Assembly (NCBI RefSeq): GCF_964355755.1
Contig: NC_092673.1
Coordinates: 12,744,948-12,808,947, forward strand
From: Antedon mediterranea
Lineage: Eukaryota > Animalia > Echinodermata
Length of the DNA stretch: 64,000 bases
Reading direction: 5' to 3'
Part shown: positions 50,331 to 64,000 of the stretch, in pieces
How the letters are laid out: the number at the start of each line of letters is the position of its first letter
Numbering within the stretch: the stretch's first letter is position 1
Program-made: the position numbers and the translations under genes
The notes under the pieces: generated by a model
Seen by the model: the letters and a program-made list of their open reading frames with translations, nothing else
Told to the model about the DNA's origin: nothing
Database searches by the model: none

Positions 50331-50937
50331 GTATATAACAGTAGCTCAACCATATACTGTAGTCAAGTTTATGACCATGTAGTTTATATAACAATAGCTC
50401 AACCATATACTGTAGTCATAAAGTTTATGACCATCTAGTTTGTATAACAGTAGCTCAACAATATACTGTAGTCATAAAGTTTATGACCATGTAGTTTATA
50501 TAACAATAGCTCAACCATATACTGTAGTCATAAAGTTTATGACCATGTAGTTTATATAACAATAGCTCAACCATATACTGTAGTCATAATGTTTATGACC
50601 ATGTAGTTTGTATAACAATAGCTCAATCATATACTGTAGTCATAAAGTTTATGACCATGTAGTTTATATAACAATAGCTCAACCATATACTGTAGTCATA
50701 AAGTTTATGACCATGTAGTTTATATAACAATAGCTCAACCATATACTGTAGTCATAATGTTTATGACCATGTAGTTTATATAACAATAGCTCAACCATAT
50801 ACTGTAGTCATAAAGTTTATGACCGTGTAGTTTTTATAACAGTAGCTCAACCATATACTGTAGTCAAGTTTATGACCATGTAGTTTTTATAACAATAGCT
50901 CAACCATACTGTAGTCATAATGTTTATGACCATGTAG
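50331..50937. repeat. 56-bp minisatellite, second array copy
   Basis: Same as 31962-32568 at +18369. Confidence 0.95.
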
Positions 50938-53238
50938 ATGAACTTTATAGTAAAGTTGTATTAAAACAATGAATGATTAAAAATTAAAAATATTCTGCAG
51001 TTATTAAAATTTGTTTTCTTTGCTTTGTGTGTACTTCGCGAAAAAAATGGACATTATAAAGATTTTTTTGGCCCATACCATTTATTTTTTTATTAAAAAA
51101 AGCAGTTTCTGCACATTAAACCTAGTTTAAATAAGAAGCTCATAATCCGAACAAAACTCATTGTGTAATGTCTATTGTTGTTTTGGAAAACGGACAGTAT
51201 ATTTTAACCTAAAAAAGCTAGTATGTTTTTTTCTATAATTATAAAAATGATAGCGAATTATAAATTTATAGAATAAACAAGGATTTGCATATTGTCGATG
51301 TTTCTCAATAATTAAACAAATCTTACAACCACATCTGTTTTTTCAAATAATATTTTTAATTCTAATGATAGCTTTTTTTTAGGAAAATTCTATAAATAAT
51401 GCGGATTGTAGAAATCCGTTATGGCACAAAATCGTGTTTTAAAGACAAATGTGACGATTTTTTTTTTAAACAGATGCAAAGCACACAACGAGACACATTT
51501 AAAAGCTGAACCTATAAAAACACGGTGCTCTATATTCTTAGCTTAATTGACTATTTAAAATACATGGAAAGTACTTAGTAAAGTATACAAAAAAACACTT
51601 CGAAGTTTGCATGGCGAAATTATTAATTATGTTGAATGATGAAGTACGGGCTTGTATTTAATAGGTAACATACATACAATATTGCCTTTAGTGACTGTAT
51701 CTTAGTCATACAGAAGAACTTTGAACTTCGATAGGGAATAGGCAATAACTTGTATTGTAATTATTCGAGTGATTTTTATTAATATATACACTAGGCCTAC
51801 AGTATATAATTACGAAATTATTTTGGTGCTAGATTGCCTGGTTTCCATCTAAGGGACAACACACAATAAGTTTTGATGCCTAAATAGGAGATGCAAATTA
51901 AAAGTTTTAAAAGTATTTTAATTTTCTAACGGATTAGGTCTATAAGAAACGTATGGTATATGGTTGCCATTTAAAAGAGCTTTCATTTACAATCACCAGC
52001 ATCACTTTTAATGTATGATACTTTGATGAAAATTCATGTCGCAATCGTGTAATATCAATGACACGAATATAGGTATTTACGATCAAATTAAAATAGTTTA
52101 AAGCGTGTAGACTAGATGGGATTCAAACAACTTCTAAAGTGTATTGTTCGTTACATTTTTCATAACTGTAATTCTATCCTATAGCACTCAACCCGAACAA
52201 TTATTTACTTCTTGATTTTTAGCAATATATCCTAATATTACGTAATATATGATACGAATTCAATTAGATAAACAATCTCAGTATAACCAGACTATGTTCA
52301 GAAGGTTCAAAAGTAGGGAAAGTAAAAAGGCATGTGTTCGTTAATATAGATAAATGCTGCCAGTGTTAATATAAAACGTATTTATAGAATCGGACACAGC
52401 ATCATAAAATCGAGAGACGACAAAACTTTTTTCAGGAATATAGACCAGGCAATGCACTCTTACTTTTAGCTAACATTATTTTTGAGAGGATTAAAAATCC
52501 GGAATGTCTGAATAAAAGTATAGGTATAGGTAAAATTAAGATTATCGAAGAAACGGTACATTAGACTACTTTACATCTTGTCTATAGTTTTCACTTTTAT
52601 TTGCACCCCTAAACAAATAATATTGCTAAATTTAGTTTTCCTTGGCATTTAATGTATGAACTAAAAATTATTGTAAATGAAAAGTTTTTTAAACGGAAAC
52701 AAATCCAATACGTTTTTGGGATGGATTCCTATAGTTTTACCTAGTTTTACTCTAGAGGGCATGTCCAGTCCTATCTATTTATTGCTTGAAACTATAATCA
52801 GCGGTTTTTTAAAACTTTAAACTTATCTGTGATATTATCAAGAGTTAATAGTGGAATTGCTAGCAATCTAAGCTATGTCCATATTCCTAAAAAATGCTCT
52901 AACCAACCCCATGGTCGGGCTGAGGTGGTATTAGACTAAAGTATCTGAACATTATACTAGTAATTTGAACGTTATTATTATTATTATTTTCCGTCCAAAT
53001 GGGGTAGCTAATTACATTATAGTGACTCCGACCCTGCCAATTCGGAAGTAGACTTTTGTTTTATATTCAGATGAATATAAGGAATAATTGATAATTATAG
53101 AAACATTTTAATACAAATCAGGTAGGCCCCTATTTACAATCACATTAATTTAAAAAAAGTTCAAGCGTTAATTAAAATGTTTCATAGGCTCATATTTCAT
53201 AGTTTATATTTAACTTTGGTTATACTGTATATGATTTT

Positions 53239-55269
53239 TAGCAATAAATCCTAATATCACGTAAAAACAAGATATGAAAGTCACAGTCCAATTCAGTGGC
53301 AACAGGCATTTGATATCGTCGTCCAAAACTCCGTTTAAAAGATGTTAGTAAGCGTGATCGGCTTTCTTTTAATATTCCCACTGGTTCTTGGGAAATGTAA
53401 ACATTATACATTAACGGATACATGATTCCACCCTGTCGCACTCCGTTTCTTACATAGAACCATCGGGAGATAGATCTTCCCCATTTAATACAAAACTGTT
53501 GCTGTGAGTACCAACACGATAACAATTTTACAATTGCGGTTGGCATCTTTCTGTTTAACAATTTTTAAAAAAGAGTCCAGTTATTGAATCTGTCATATGC
53601 CTTAGAGGCATCAAGAAAGCAAGCATATACAGGGCTATTTTGCCGACTATAAAATGCAACAACTTGTTTTAAGATTAATATACATGTATCTGTGGAGTGA
53701 CCCGATTTAAACGCAAACTGATGGTCAGATGACTTAAGGCTATCTCCGGACAATTTAATTAATACAAATTCTAGTACCTTAGATACCACACTAGCTAAAG
53801 CTATAGGCCTAATTGCTTTTACTCGTAATATCACCTGATTTAGATTTTAAAATCGGAACAATTTATCACTAGATAAATCTTTAATAATGCCCGCTACCTG
53901 TTGGACATTTACCTCACAACCACAATCATCATTACAATTAACAAGTATACTGTGAACATAATCCTTATTACTATCATTATGAACACAATTAAACAGCTCC
54001 TCAAAATGAGCTGCCCAGTGGTTACTTATAATTATCATATTCACCATTAACATTATCCAAAGATTCTGTAAGTATTTCTTAAATTTCCAAGAAAGAAGAA
54101 GTAAGAACAGGAGTACATGATTTAGACTTATAAACCTTTTCCACAAATCAGCATAATCATTTTTAGTCGCGTGGAAGCGACTCTATAGTTCACTATGTCG
54201 GTCGGTCGGTCTGTCTGTCGGTCTGTCTGTCGGTCTGTCTGTCTGTCGGTCCGGTATCACTATGCGTTTTATCGCTTTATGACCTTATCTTGATATCAGT
54301 TAAATCTAGCTAAGTCAATTGTTCACAGAATATTCCTTATGGCCAGGAATCGATGTGGTTATGTTTTCACGGTGCGCAATAAAAAATTACGCGGTCTACG
54401 CACGATTTAACGAAATCACGTTTGTAATCATATCTTAACAACCATGAATCACAATTAAATAAAATTTGGTACTCATAAATTTCAGGGCATAAATCATCAT
54501 ATGGCAATACAATTACGTGCGTAGTGCATGTAACGCATGCGTACGCGCACTTAAAATTTTCAAAATTTATTTTCGATGAAATAAGAGTACGTTTCAAGAA
54601 ATTTTAAGCGTTTACAAAATTGCCATGAGTGCGCAGATTTTTGTGCGCGCACTGCGCGTTAAATGTTATTGCGCACTCTTTTTGCCCGATTTCTGTTTTC
54701 TTGACTTACTTTTCAACTCGAAATTACGTTATACGAGCACGTCAAAAGTGACAGGCTACGCACGTGTAAATTAAAAAAATATAAATGTTTTTAAACATTT
54801 CAACATTTTTAAACATGTTCAGTAATTTCGGTCAGTATAGTTCACTATGTCGGTCGGTCCGTCTGTCTGTCGGTCTGTTTGTCTGTCGGTCCGGTATCAC
54901 TATGCATTGTAGCACGCGACTTAATGGCTGTTGGCCTTGTTTAATAAAGACTTAACCATAGAATCAGCCCTATGCTGTTCTTCTTCTGATTTACACTAGC
55001 GTAAACTCATTTTAAATTGAGATCTTGTCATTTAAAACGCATCGCCTCAAATAATGAACCAGATTTAGGCTTTCCATTATTAACCCATAGAAGGAATGAT
55101 TCTCTAGCCACATTATGGCATTCTGCGACATTTTCATTCCACCCTGGAATGTGGGTCCCATTTTTTATTTTCTTATTTTTAAAACACATTTTGGAGGCAC
55201 TAGATAGAGCACAAACAATATCATTATACAAATCATCCATACCTTTCCTGATTTACTAACGTGCTGTAC
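53239..55269 (-). pseudogene. Decayed RTE-X-like LINE, second copy
   Basis: Identical ORF fragments at +18369. Confidence 0.85.
54162..54941 (+). mobile_element. HINE, second array copy
   Basis: Same as 35793-36572 at +18369. Confidence 0.85.
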
Positions 55270-56159
55270 TTGCATCCTATAGCACTCATAAACCCTCGCG
55301 TGACTATACTTTTGCTAATTTTAGTTCTCCTTGGCATTTAAAAATTAAAGAACGAAAAATGTCATGAATCTCGAATTACTTTTATGTCGGTCCGAAAAAA
55401 AACCCTTTATACATAATTTTCATTACAAAAGGAAACGTTAATAAGACATCGGTCCAAAAACCCATTATGATTGCGTCCAAATGATGCGGGTGCGCTTCGG
55501 TTGGCTCCCTTCGTTTAAAGTTATCGATAACATTGCAAAGTGAAAAAGCAAAGTGAGCGCACATAGGTGACTTAATTGTGTTTCGTTTAAATGAAAGTAA
55601 TAAGGAAGAATCGCATAAAAAAGATGTTTAATATTAACCATGCATTGTGCAAAACAAATTATTATTAGCCTACATTTCTGCCCCGTCATGAAATAACCTC
55701 TCAACTGCATACTGCATAATTTTCAGATAATCAACCAAACGTGTTTTTGTTATCATCCGGAATGAACAATAATTGCAAGTAATTGAAAATCCGAATGCAC
55801 CACAAGGTGTATCATTCCCTAAATTGCCCAAAAAGCTTTTTTAAAATGTGTCAATTGAGACGTTCTTTCACGACAGGGCAGACCATGAAAACCACTTGGA
55901 ATTACTACTTAAAACCACGAAATATTTTGACTTAACATTAGGAACATATTCCCAGATCGGTAAAATTATTCCATCGACTACCTAAATTTAATGTTTCAAT
56001 ATTAACCACCATTTGAGTTGATTTTTAATTCAATTTCTAAATTGTTTATATATACCAAGCTATCTTTATTGTTTTCTAATCTCACTCTTTTCACCAGCAT
56101 TATGCCTCTTTTGTTTTATTTCTTTTATTCCAGTCCACTCAGGCAGCGCTTGATTTCTA

Positions 56160-56196
56160 CACACTGATGAAGGGCTAGTTTTGCCCGAAAGCTCTG
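56160..56196 (+). ncRNA. Minimal hammerhead ribozyme, second copy
   Basis: CTGATGAAGGGCTAGTTTTGCCCGAAAGCTC at 56164. Confidence 0.7.
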
Positions 56197-58347
56197 CTAA
56201 TTTTGTCTAGTTGTTTAAATTGTATCGTTTAGATTTAGCTTTTTGTTTATATTATTTTGTATCTTTATTAAGATCAAGCCGCTGATACCCACAGCCACAC
56301 TGATACCCACAGCATTGTCTTTTTTTCAGTAATTTGGATTTATATTGAAAATTATCCATTTTTTTCAACCCACAAAGGCTGTCTCTCTCTCTCTCTAATT
56401 CTGTTAATATTATAATTATATAAATGAACTTACAAAAGATTTCAAAGAGAAAGAGATTAATATTTTTTATTGATAAAAAGACTCATTCTTGGCCGACGAT
56501 ATAATTCTCATTGGGAATAGTGAAAATGATCTACAATCATTATTGAAAGCATCAATTTACAACAAAATTTAAAATGTTATAATTTTGAAAAATAATATGC
56601 AGGCCTGATTGTAACCAACCACCAACGCATTAACAATCAAAGGAAATAGCCAATCGGTAACAAATTCATAGACGAAGCCAACATGTATAGCATGCACACA
56701 GAAATTACAAAAACACAAGCCATATAGATGAAGGAAAAGGATCGAACAGAATTATTTTATTAAATTTTCATGCAGTCAAACAACGCAACAAAGCAACCTG
56801 GGAATTTCCTTTCTTGAGTGCTAAGCACTATCGAATTGGTTATCTATACTGCATTTCAATCATAAAACTTAGTAAAACAATAAAAATACATAAGATATAA
56901 TAAATTGTGTGAACAATCATTTAAATATACAGATAACATGGTTCGTGTGTACAGACAATTAAAGATGATATACGATAAAATTAGGAATATCTTGCCATAC
57001 ATGGGGACAATTTTTATACAAGGAATAATTAAAAGAATTGGTTCTTTAATATTATTAATTATTCTTTAACAATTGTGTTCTGTTTATGTAGTTATCTGTA
57101 TGAAAAAAGCGCCATCTATAGCGGACGTATAAGTAGCGATAATTTTGACCAATCAAATTGGGATTCTTTCAAACTCATTGTTTCCTAAAAAAATCCCAAG
57201 CTCTGAACTTACCACTCATCGTATTACTATAAGGATATTCATTTCTGAAAAATAGGCCAAGTTTACATGAAAGATGATTTGATCATAATAGGGGAAGTGT
57301 TTTGATGATAGAATCTAAAGTTTATATAAACTTTTTTTTTAAGATTTAATGTGGCGTACAGTTAATTATGTTATGAATTTTTTTGTATCTCTTTATCAGA
57401 GGCACAGTCTCAATGAGGGAGATGTGCAACAAGAGTAAATAAACATAATTATATTAAAAAAAATATATACATAAAAACCATTAAAAAAAATATTTAAAAA
57501 GTATAATTTGTCATGACAAACCACTGACAAATTTGATATCTTCAAATATAAAACAAAACGTAAAAAAACAAAGCATTATTAAAAGTAAACTGAGAAAGAT
57601 TAAAAACTAGAAATGTTACTGTTACTCTATATTCATGCACTACGCATATTTTAGTTTACATTTCTATGGCTTTAGGTTAATTAAATAAGTTGTATATGTT
57701 TTCTCCTTATTGTGAATAACGTTTGAATGTATTTTTTCTTTTTATTTGTAAGAGGCTATAGGCCTATAACTTGATTCGGCTGTTGAGAAAAAAAAACATA
57801 TAATAATATTACATGAAATGTAAAATAAAACATGATATGATTTAACTGTTGACGGTAAAAAACATGTTAGGGCCTATAGGCTATATAAATATAGTGTAAA
57901 ATACGATATAATTTACAGACACATAGGCTAACCATAGCAGCAGTTTTTTGTTTGTTTTTATCAAACACAGTGAAATACAAAACAATTGGCACAATGACAC
58001 GAACAATAGAAGCCTCAACAAGCCTGGCACACCCAACCCAACATATTGACTAACACCCCTATAAATAATAATGGAATAGTCCTATATTCAATACATGCCG
58101 AAAACTCAGGTTGATCCTAAATCAGTTTCAGTAATGGAAAAGTGGACAATTTCGGTTTGTTTTAAAATGAATAAAGTACAGTATTGTAATTGCATTGGAC
58201 GTTGACGTAGTCACATGAAATATAACGTTGATCAGCTGCAGCAGCCAATCAAATTCGTTCGCGCTTTTTCCAAAGATTAGATGCGAATGACGGTTAAATG
58301 AACATAAAACCGTATATTGTTCATTTCTTTTATCAATTTGTTAAATC

Positions 58348-61300
58348 ATGAACATGATAAGCGACTCTGAGCTAATGCTTCAATACTCAAGCGAAGACGA
58401 TGCATATTTCTACGATAATAACATTATGAATATCACATTTTCTGATGATGGCACGACAGAACACCCTGTTCCAACTGCTGAGCGTATGCTATACTAGGCC
58501 TATTCTTCAAGTGAAGACGATGAAGAAGGCCTAGGCATAGGCCTAGTCCTAGGAGTAGATGATACAGAAGGGTCGCCTACTGGGATTTCGACTACCGAAG
58601 TTCTTCCGACTACCGAAGTTCTTCCAGCAGCAAAGAGAAAAGCATGGGAGGTTTCTTCAACAGATTTCGATACTTCTGATGATGACATACAGACAGAGTC
58701 AGCAGCAGCAGGTGAGTAACAATACAATAGGCCTAGCCTACAACAATGAATGTTCATACCTAGGTAGGCCTAGGCCTAGCTAGAGGCCTAGTTATTTACT
58801 ACTACTAGTACTAGGCCCTAGGCCTGGGCCTAGTAAATATTACTTATTACTAAGCCTAGCTAGAGATAGGCTCTAGCCTAGGCCTATTCCTATGGAAATT
58901 TTAGTATGTAGTACTGTACTGTGTTTGGGATAGAAAAAACTTAATATAGGGGTAATCAACCATTTGCCAGGTACACTCAAAATGTGTGCCGGCCCCCTTA
59001 ATAGGCCTATATCCACTTGTTTGTGGGAAAGGGTGTCCCAAAGAAAAGATCAAACATACACATTTACAATAATATTTTACCATGTGTGGCATATAATTAA
59101 TTATTTAAAATAACGATAGTGAGGCATTTGATGAATAGGCATCACGCTTGCCATATGATTGTTTGTTGCCTACATTCCTTGTTGTTTTATCATGCTAATT
59201 ACTTCCTCATTTACATACAACCTGTCCTATTGGTATATAAGTAATCTTAAGCCTAGGCGTTGTTTTCTGTTCTGGTGGAAGATGAGAATAGTTTCTCAAA
59301 ACATGTCAATTTTTAGGCAGTTTGCCTATTCATATGCTTCACTATCGTTATTTTAACTCAAAATTTCGGTGGAATCATTCTTGATTTAATATCTATATAT
59401 AAATTTACGTAAGGGCAAAATTCGGTAAATCGCGCCTTACTTCTAGAATTTTCACTCGATGGTATGTAAAGTTGGTTCGTACTTTCGGTACTGATTTTAA
59501 CCGCCTGATGTAACCCTGTTTACTAATTAAATTGAGTTAGATAATTAGTTATTGACGATTAAAACGAATTTAGGTTCAAAGATTTGCCCCAAATAGGGGT
59601 GTTTTCCGATCGTGGTATACACTGTCTAATGGATGTCCATCTTGAAAAATACCCGCCAAAAAAATGCGAGGAGGCTTCGCATTTTTCTATCTCCTCCTAC
59701 GATAATTGTTTTTAATAGCTGAAAACCGGTTGAACAGCTAGAGTACACCATCATAATGTTGAAGACAGGCCGATTTTCTTTTAAAAATACTATTTTGATA
59801 GATTGCTAGAGTACACCATCATAATGTTGAAGACAGGCCGATTTTCTTTAAAAAATACTATTTTGATAGATTTAATATACGATTATACAAATGTATTGAT
59901 TTGCGATGAATGGAACATCCAGTTTGGTTTAACACAAGTACTGTAGGTAAATTTATGAGCCCTTGGTTTAACACATACGGTAGGTAAATATATGGGCCCT
60001 TTGAGAATAAACTTGCAATAGGTTCGGAAAATGTTAAAAACCAATTTCTATTATTTGAATCGGTAAACAGTTTCCATTTATTATACATTGATAATGAAAC
60101 ATGAAATATTCCTATTTATGTCCCTCGAGGTTCATTACAATTTATATTTAGTAGTCCCACGGACTTCATCTTAGCCACTCCCCCGAGTGCTAAGGCCAAA
60201 TTTATGATACCCTACTTTCTATGTAAGTTTAGTTACAGTTAGTTCTTGACGATAATACAACGAATTTAGGTTACACCCTTCGGCCGCGAAAACGTTTCTG
60301 TACAAATATGATACCGATTGGCTTTATTTCATTCAACAGCGACCATAATCTCGCCAATAACAGGATAGATAAACTATTTTATTATTGATGTGCTTATAAA
60401 TTAAGACTCATGTAAACAGCTTGATTACATCATTTTACAGACAAACGAAACTTTTTTAAACCTACTGTTTCAATAACTGAGTATAATACTGTATACGTTT
60501 TCATAAGTAAGTGCATATACATTTTCGTGTTTTCATTGACGAGATTGTAATAGTAACTTCAGTAACTATTACAGTACTTATTTATTATACGACACAAGAC
60601 AATTGTATCTGACAGGTACGTACATTATTCTAAAAAATAAGTCTAGATAGATCCCTTAGGCGTCATAAATCACAGGCCAACAAATCAGTACTCATGACAG
60701 AAATTCGACCCAGTTTGGTTCACACAAATGTTTACAGGAAGTTCAACACCACAACCGATGATTTGCCCTAAATATTTAGGTAGACTACAGTTTAATTTTT
60801 CACTGAATAGGAGCTTGAATTTCCGATTTCCATTTCGCAGAATGTCTAGGTCTATTTATTTAGTTTGGTTCTTATAATATATAAATACAATCAACTTTAT
60901 TACTGCGGTTCCATCACCACCACCACGTGCCGCCGCCCAATTCCCGTACATACATTTCCATTTCTCCCTAATTTCTTTAATCCACATAAATTAATTGTCC
61001 TTTATGGAATCCAGTATTGGTTTTGTTGTCTCTATTTCTGAATACCCCAATTAGGGGGACACTTCCGTTTTTGTTTAGTGTCCCAAAAAAGTCCCCGTCC
61101 GTGGATTCTACTGTATTCGAGAACCATCTGTGAGCACCCCTAGATGGTACGCAAGCGAAGCGAGCGTGCCATCTAGTCTAATTAATTATGTATGATAATA
61201 ATTTAATCAAATTGCAAATTTTCTGATTACGATACAGAATCTGTTTGTCAAGTAACAACAACACACAGCACTGCTTATCCAACTGAGCGTATGCTTTACT

Positions 61301-62250
61301 ATTCTTCAAGTGAAGATGATGAAGTAGGCCTAATTGTACGTGGGAACGGTTCAATTCAATCAATCAATAATGGATGTTCTGCTGTTGATGATACAGAAGG
61401 GTCACCTACTGGGATTTCGACTACCGAAGTTCCTCCAGCAGCAAAGAGAAAAGCATGGGAGGTTTCTACAACAGATGTCAATACTTCTGATGATGACATA
61501 CCGACAGAGTCAGCAGGTCAGTAACTTTAACAATACAATGACATGTTATGTAGTTATTTACTAGGTTAGAGTAGAGGCCGCCTCTAGGCCTATCCCTATG
61601 TTTTTATGGGCCCGATCTGGGAGGTAGCAATGTCGTATTCGATTGGGACATTTATCGTTGAGTATAGTTTTTTTTGTTTTGATTTACCTTTCCGTACTTA
61701 TAACACAATTGTGTGCGTTGAGATTGTTCTTAACAAAAAAGTTTGCATTGTTAACGTTTTCTATTTCACTGGACCACCTCTAGTTACGTTCAGTATAACC
61801 CCTATTAAGGCTTCAGGAACAAAATAATGTCCCCTTGGCAGGGGTTTTTTACTGGAAAAAAAAGAAATTATTTTGATATGTAAAATAAATAATTGATCTG
61901 GAATCATAAAATAAAAAATTGAAATTAGCAGTCCCTTTTAAACAATAAATGTATCTAATTATTTCTATGATAATAGTTTAAATTGCACATTTTCTGATTA
62001 CAACATAGACTCTGTTTGTCTAGTAACAACTACCAAAGTTCCTCCAGCAGCAGAGAGAAAAGCATGGGAGGTTTCTACAACAGATGTCGATACTTCCGAT
62101 GTTTGATACTTCCGATGATGACATATCAGCAGGTCAGTAGCAATAACATTAACCATGAGCTTTTGCTAACCTTTCTTAGTAGGGCTCCTACCAACTTTAT
62201 ACAAAACTTCATCTAGGCTTGGATAGGGAATTACCTTTTAAGCAGCCAGC

Positions 62251-62286
<36 letters not shown>

Positions 62287-64000
62287 GCCAGTAGATATTA
62301 GTATCCTCTATAGAGGCTAGTTTATTTATTTAGATTTACTTCCCTACTACACCTTTAAATCATTAGCATACTTAATAATTACAAAGGTGCATTCTTCAGA
62401 AATAACAAAATACAACAAAAACCTCATTATTAATAACGATGAGAATAATGGTGAAAAAAAAAGGATAAATGGTAATAACCTCCCATAAAGCCTATAGCTC
62501 CTGGATCAAAATATTATCTTCCACTATCCAAAATTTGAAAATGTCTGCTATCAATCACCAGTTACCCCAAATGAAGAATTACTGTACATGTATGTTGCAT
62601 AGGCTGCTATAAATATTAAACTACTATATTTTTATTTAGCCTGCAAGAGAAATACAGGAGGCCTAGAGACTGTAGAAACTAATTACCTTAATTCATCTGG
62701 ATCAAGTGATGATGAGATTAAAATCTCTAATCACACAAGTAAGCGTAGTGGTAAGTTTGATATGTCATTAATTTTTAAAACTACTTTTATTAAATAGTAC
62801 TTGATGTTGATGGTTGTGCTGTACCTAAAAGATATGGACATTGCTGGTTGTTTCCATTTGTGTCTGATTCTATGGTCAGGTTCTAATGTTATGTCTGTAT
62901 GGTATGTAAATAGGTACGACTGTCTAATGAACAAGGCACCTGCACAACCTGTAATTGAACACTCGAAAATTGAAATTGAATTATCTGAACCGAAAAAAAA
63001 ATTGTTTGTCAAAGAATTAAAAGTATCTATATATTAATGCGAATTAGTCACCTAGTTTTACGTAACCTCCAAAACTTCTGAAACCGTATTGACTGATCAC
63101 ATTTTCCGCAATTGGTACCATATAATTGTTATTTTGTTTGTTTGTTTTTTTTGCCAATGGATAATGTAAGTTTATTCTTTCTGTAGAAAAAAGGAAAAGG
63201 AATCACCTACAGCCAATACACAACTTGTATTTGACCTGCTGTTGTGCATTAATGTGCATTGGTATGCTAAATTTTAGAGAAATAAAACAAACAAGGGAAG
63301 CTTTTCAAGCAATGACCGAATATGAACAACGCTGTTGGATCCTTAAAATATTTCAATGAACATCTCAGCACATCCGGAGGTGCCACCAAAATCTGTCTAC
63401 TAGTTGGTGCTAACAAAGTTTGTGCAAAAGCATGGATGTTAGTAAATGGTATTGGCCGGTCAACTTTTTACAAAATAAGGAAGCAAGCTATTGGTAATTA
63501 ATTGTTTAGTTTTACAGTACATTTTACATTATTTAATTTTACATGCTGTTAATATTACTTTTAATGTATGTGTTTAAATGTTGCTGAAACGGAAAGATTA
63601 CTGTGACTGTGTGAAGATTACTTTCCATTATACTTATAGTCGTATTATACAGGGACATAGGCAGGATCTGACGAGGAGTGGAGAATAACTTTTTTTTAAA
63701 TGAATAGAATGCATTTGATTATTGTTTAATTATTTTTACACAATAAAATTAATATGCTTAACACTATGTTAGAAAGATAATGCAAAATGATCATAAGTCA
63801 TTAATCAATGGATTAAACCAAACAATAATAAAATAGTACAGTATTTGAAATTCCTAATATTTGAAGTTTACATTTTATTTCTTTTTAGAAGGATGCTGTT
63901 ATCTTTTACCACCCAACTTCACCAGAAAGATGGTATATAGCAATTCAACTCAACAGTGTCGGGCTTGGTTTATTAAATTTTGTAATGAATACGGTGATCA
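58348..64000 (+). pseudogene. DUF7869/Sola-like transposase gene, next copy (5' part, runs off the window)
   Basis: Same exons and the same three lesions as 39979-45628. Confidence 0.85.

Larger units (their letters stand above)
28307..64000 (+). repeat. Head-to-tail tandem array of an 18,369-bp unit (one deleted partial copy, then ~1.9 periods, running off the window)
   Basis: Identical ORFs recur at +18369 (29440/47809, 30202/48571, 42922/61291) and at +18372 after one extra TAC at ~62280. 28307-29025 matches 43089-43807. Confidence 0.97.

Overview
AT-rich eukaryotic (metazoan, invertebrate-like) DNA with spliceosomal introns and no recognisable host gene, rRNA, tRNA or CRISPR. Positions 1-28.3 kb are a patchwork of transposon remains: MULE-, Harbinger-, Sola2- and Chapaev-like fragments, a large uncharacterised transposase-like gene, hAT/pogo/Helentron-type non-autonomous elements, a CR1-group LINE lacking its endonuclease, and an L2 LINE with an uninterrupted 997-aa endonuclease+RT ORF. 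From 28307 to the window end lies a near-identical head-to-tail array with an 18,369-bp period. Each unit carries a multi-exon DUF7869/Sola-like DDD transposase gene with a C-terminal Tudor/SH3-like domain (disabled identically in the copies), nested MITEs, a palindromic 56-bp minisatellite, a decayed RTE-X-like LINE interrupted by a HINE, and a Penelope-type minimal hammerhead ribozyme. The most unusual signal is TAGGCCTA/TAGTA/TACAGTA-rich patches. Paralog comparison shows these are insertions at TA sites, consistent with stacked transposon excision footprints. All family assignments come from motifs recognised by eye; no database search was run.
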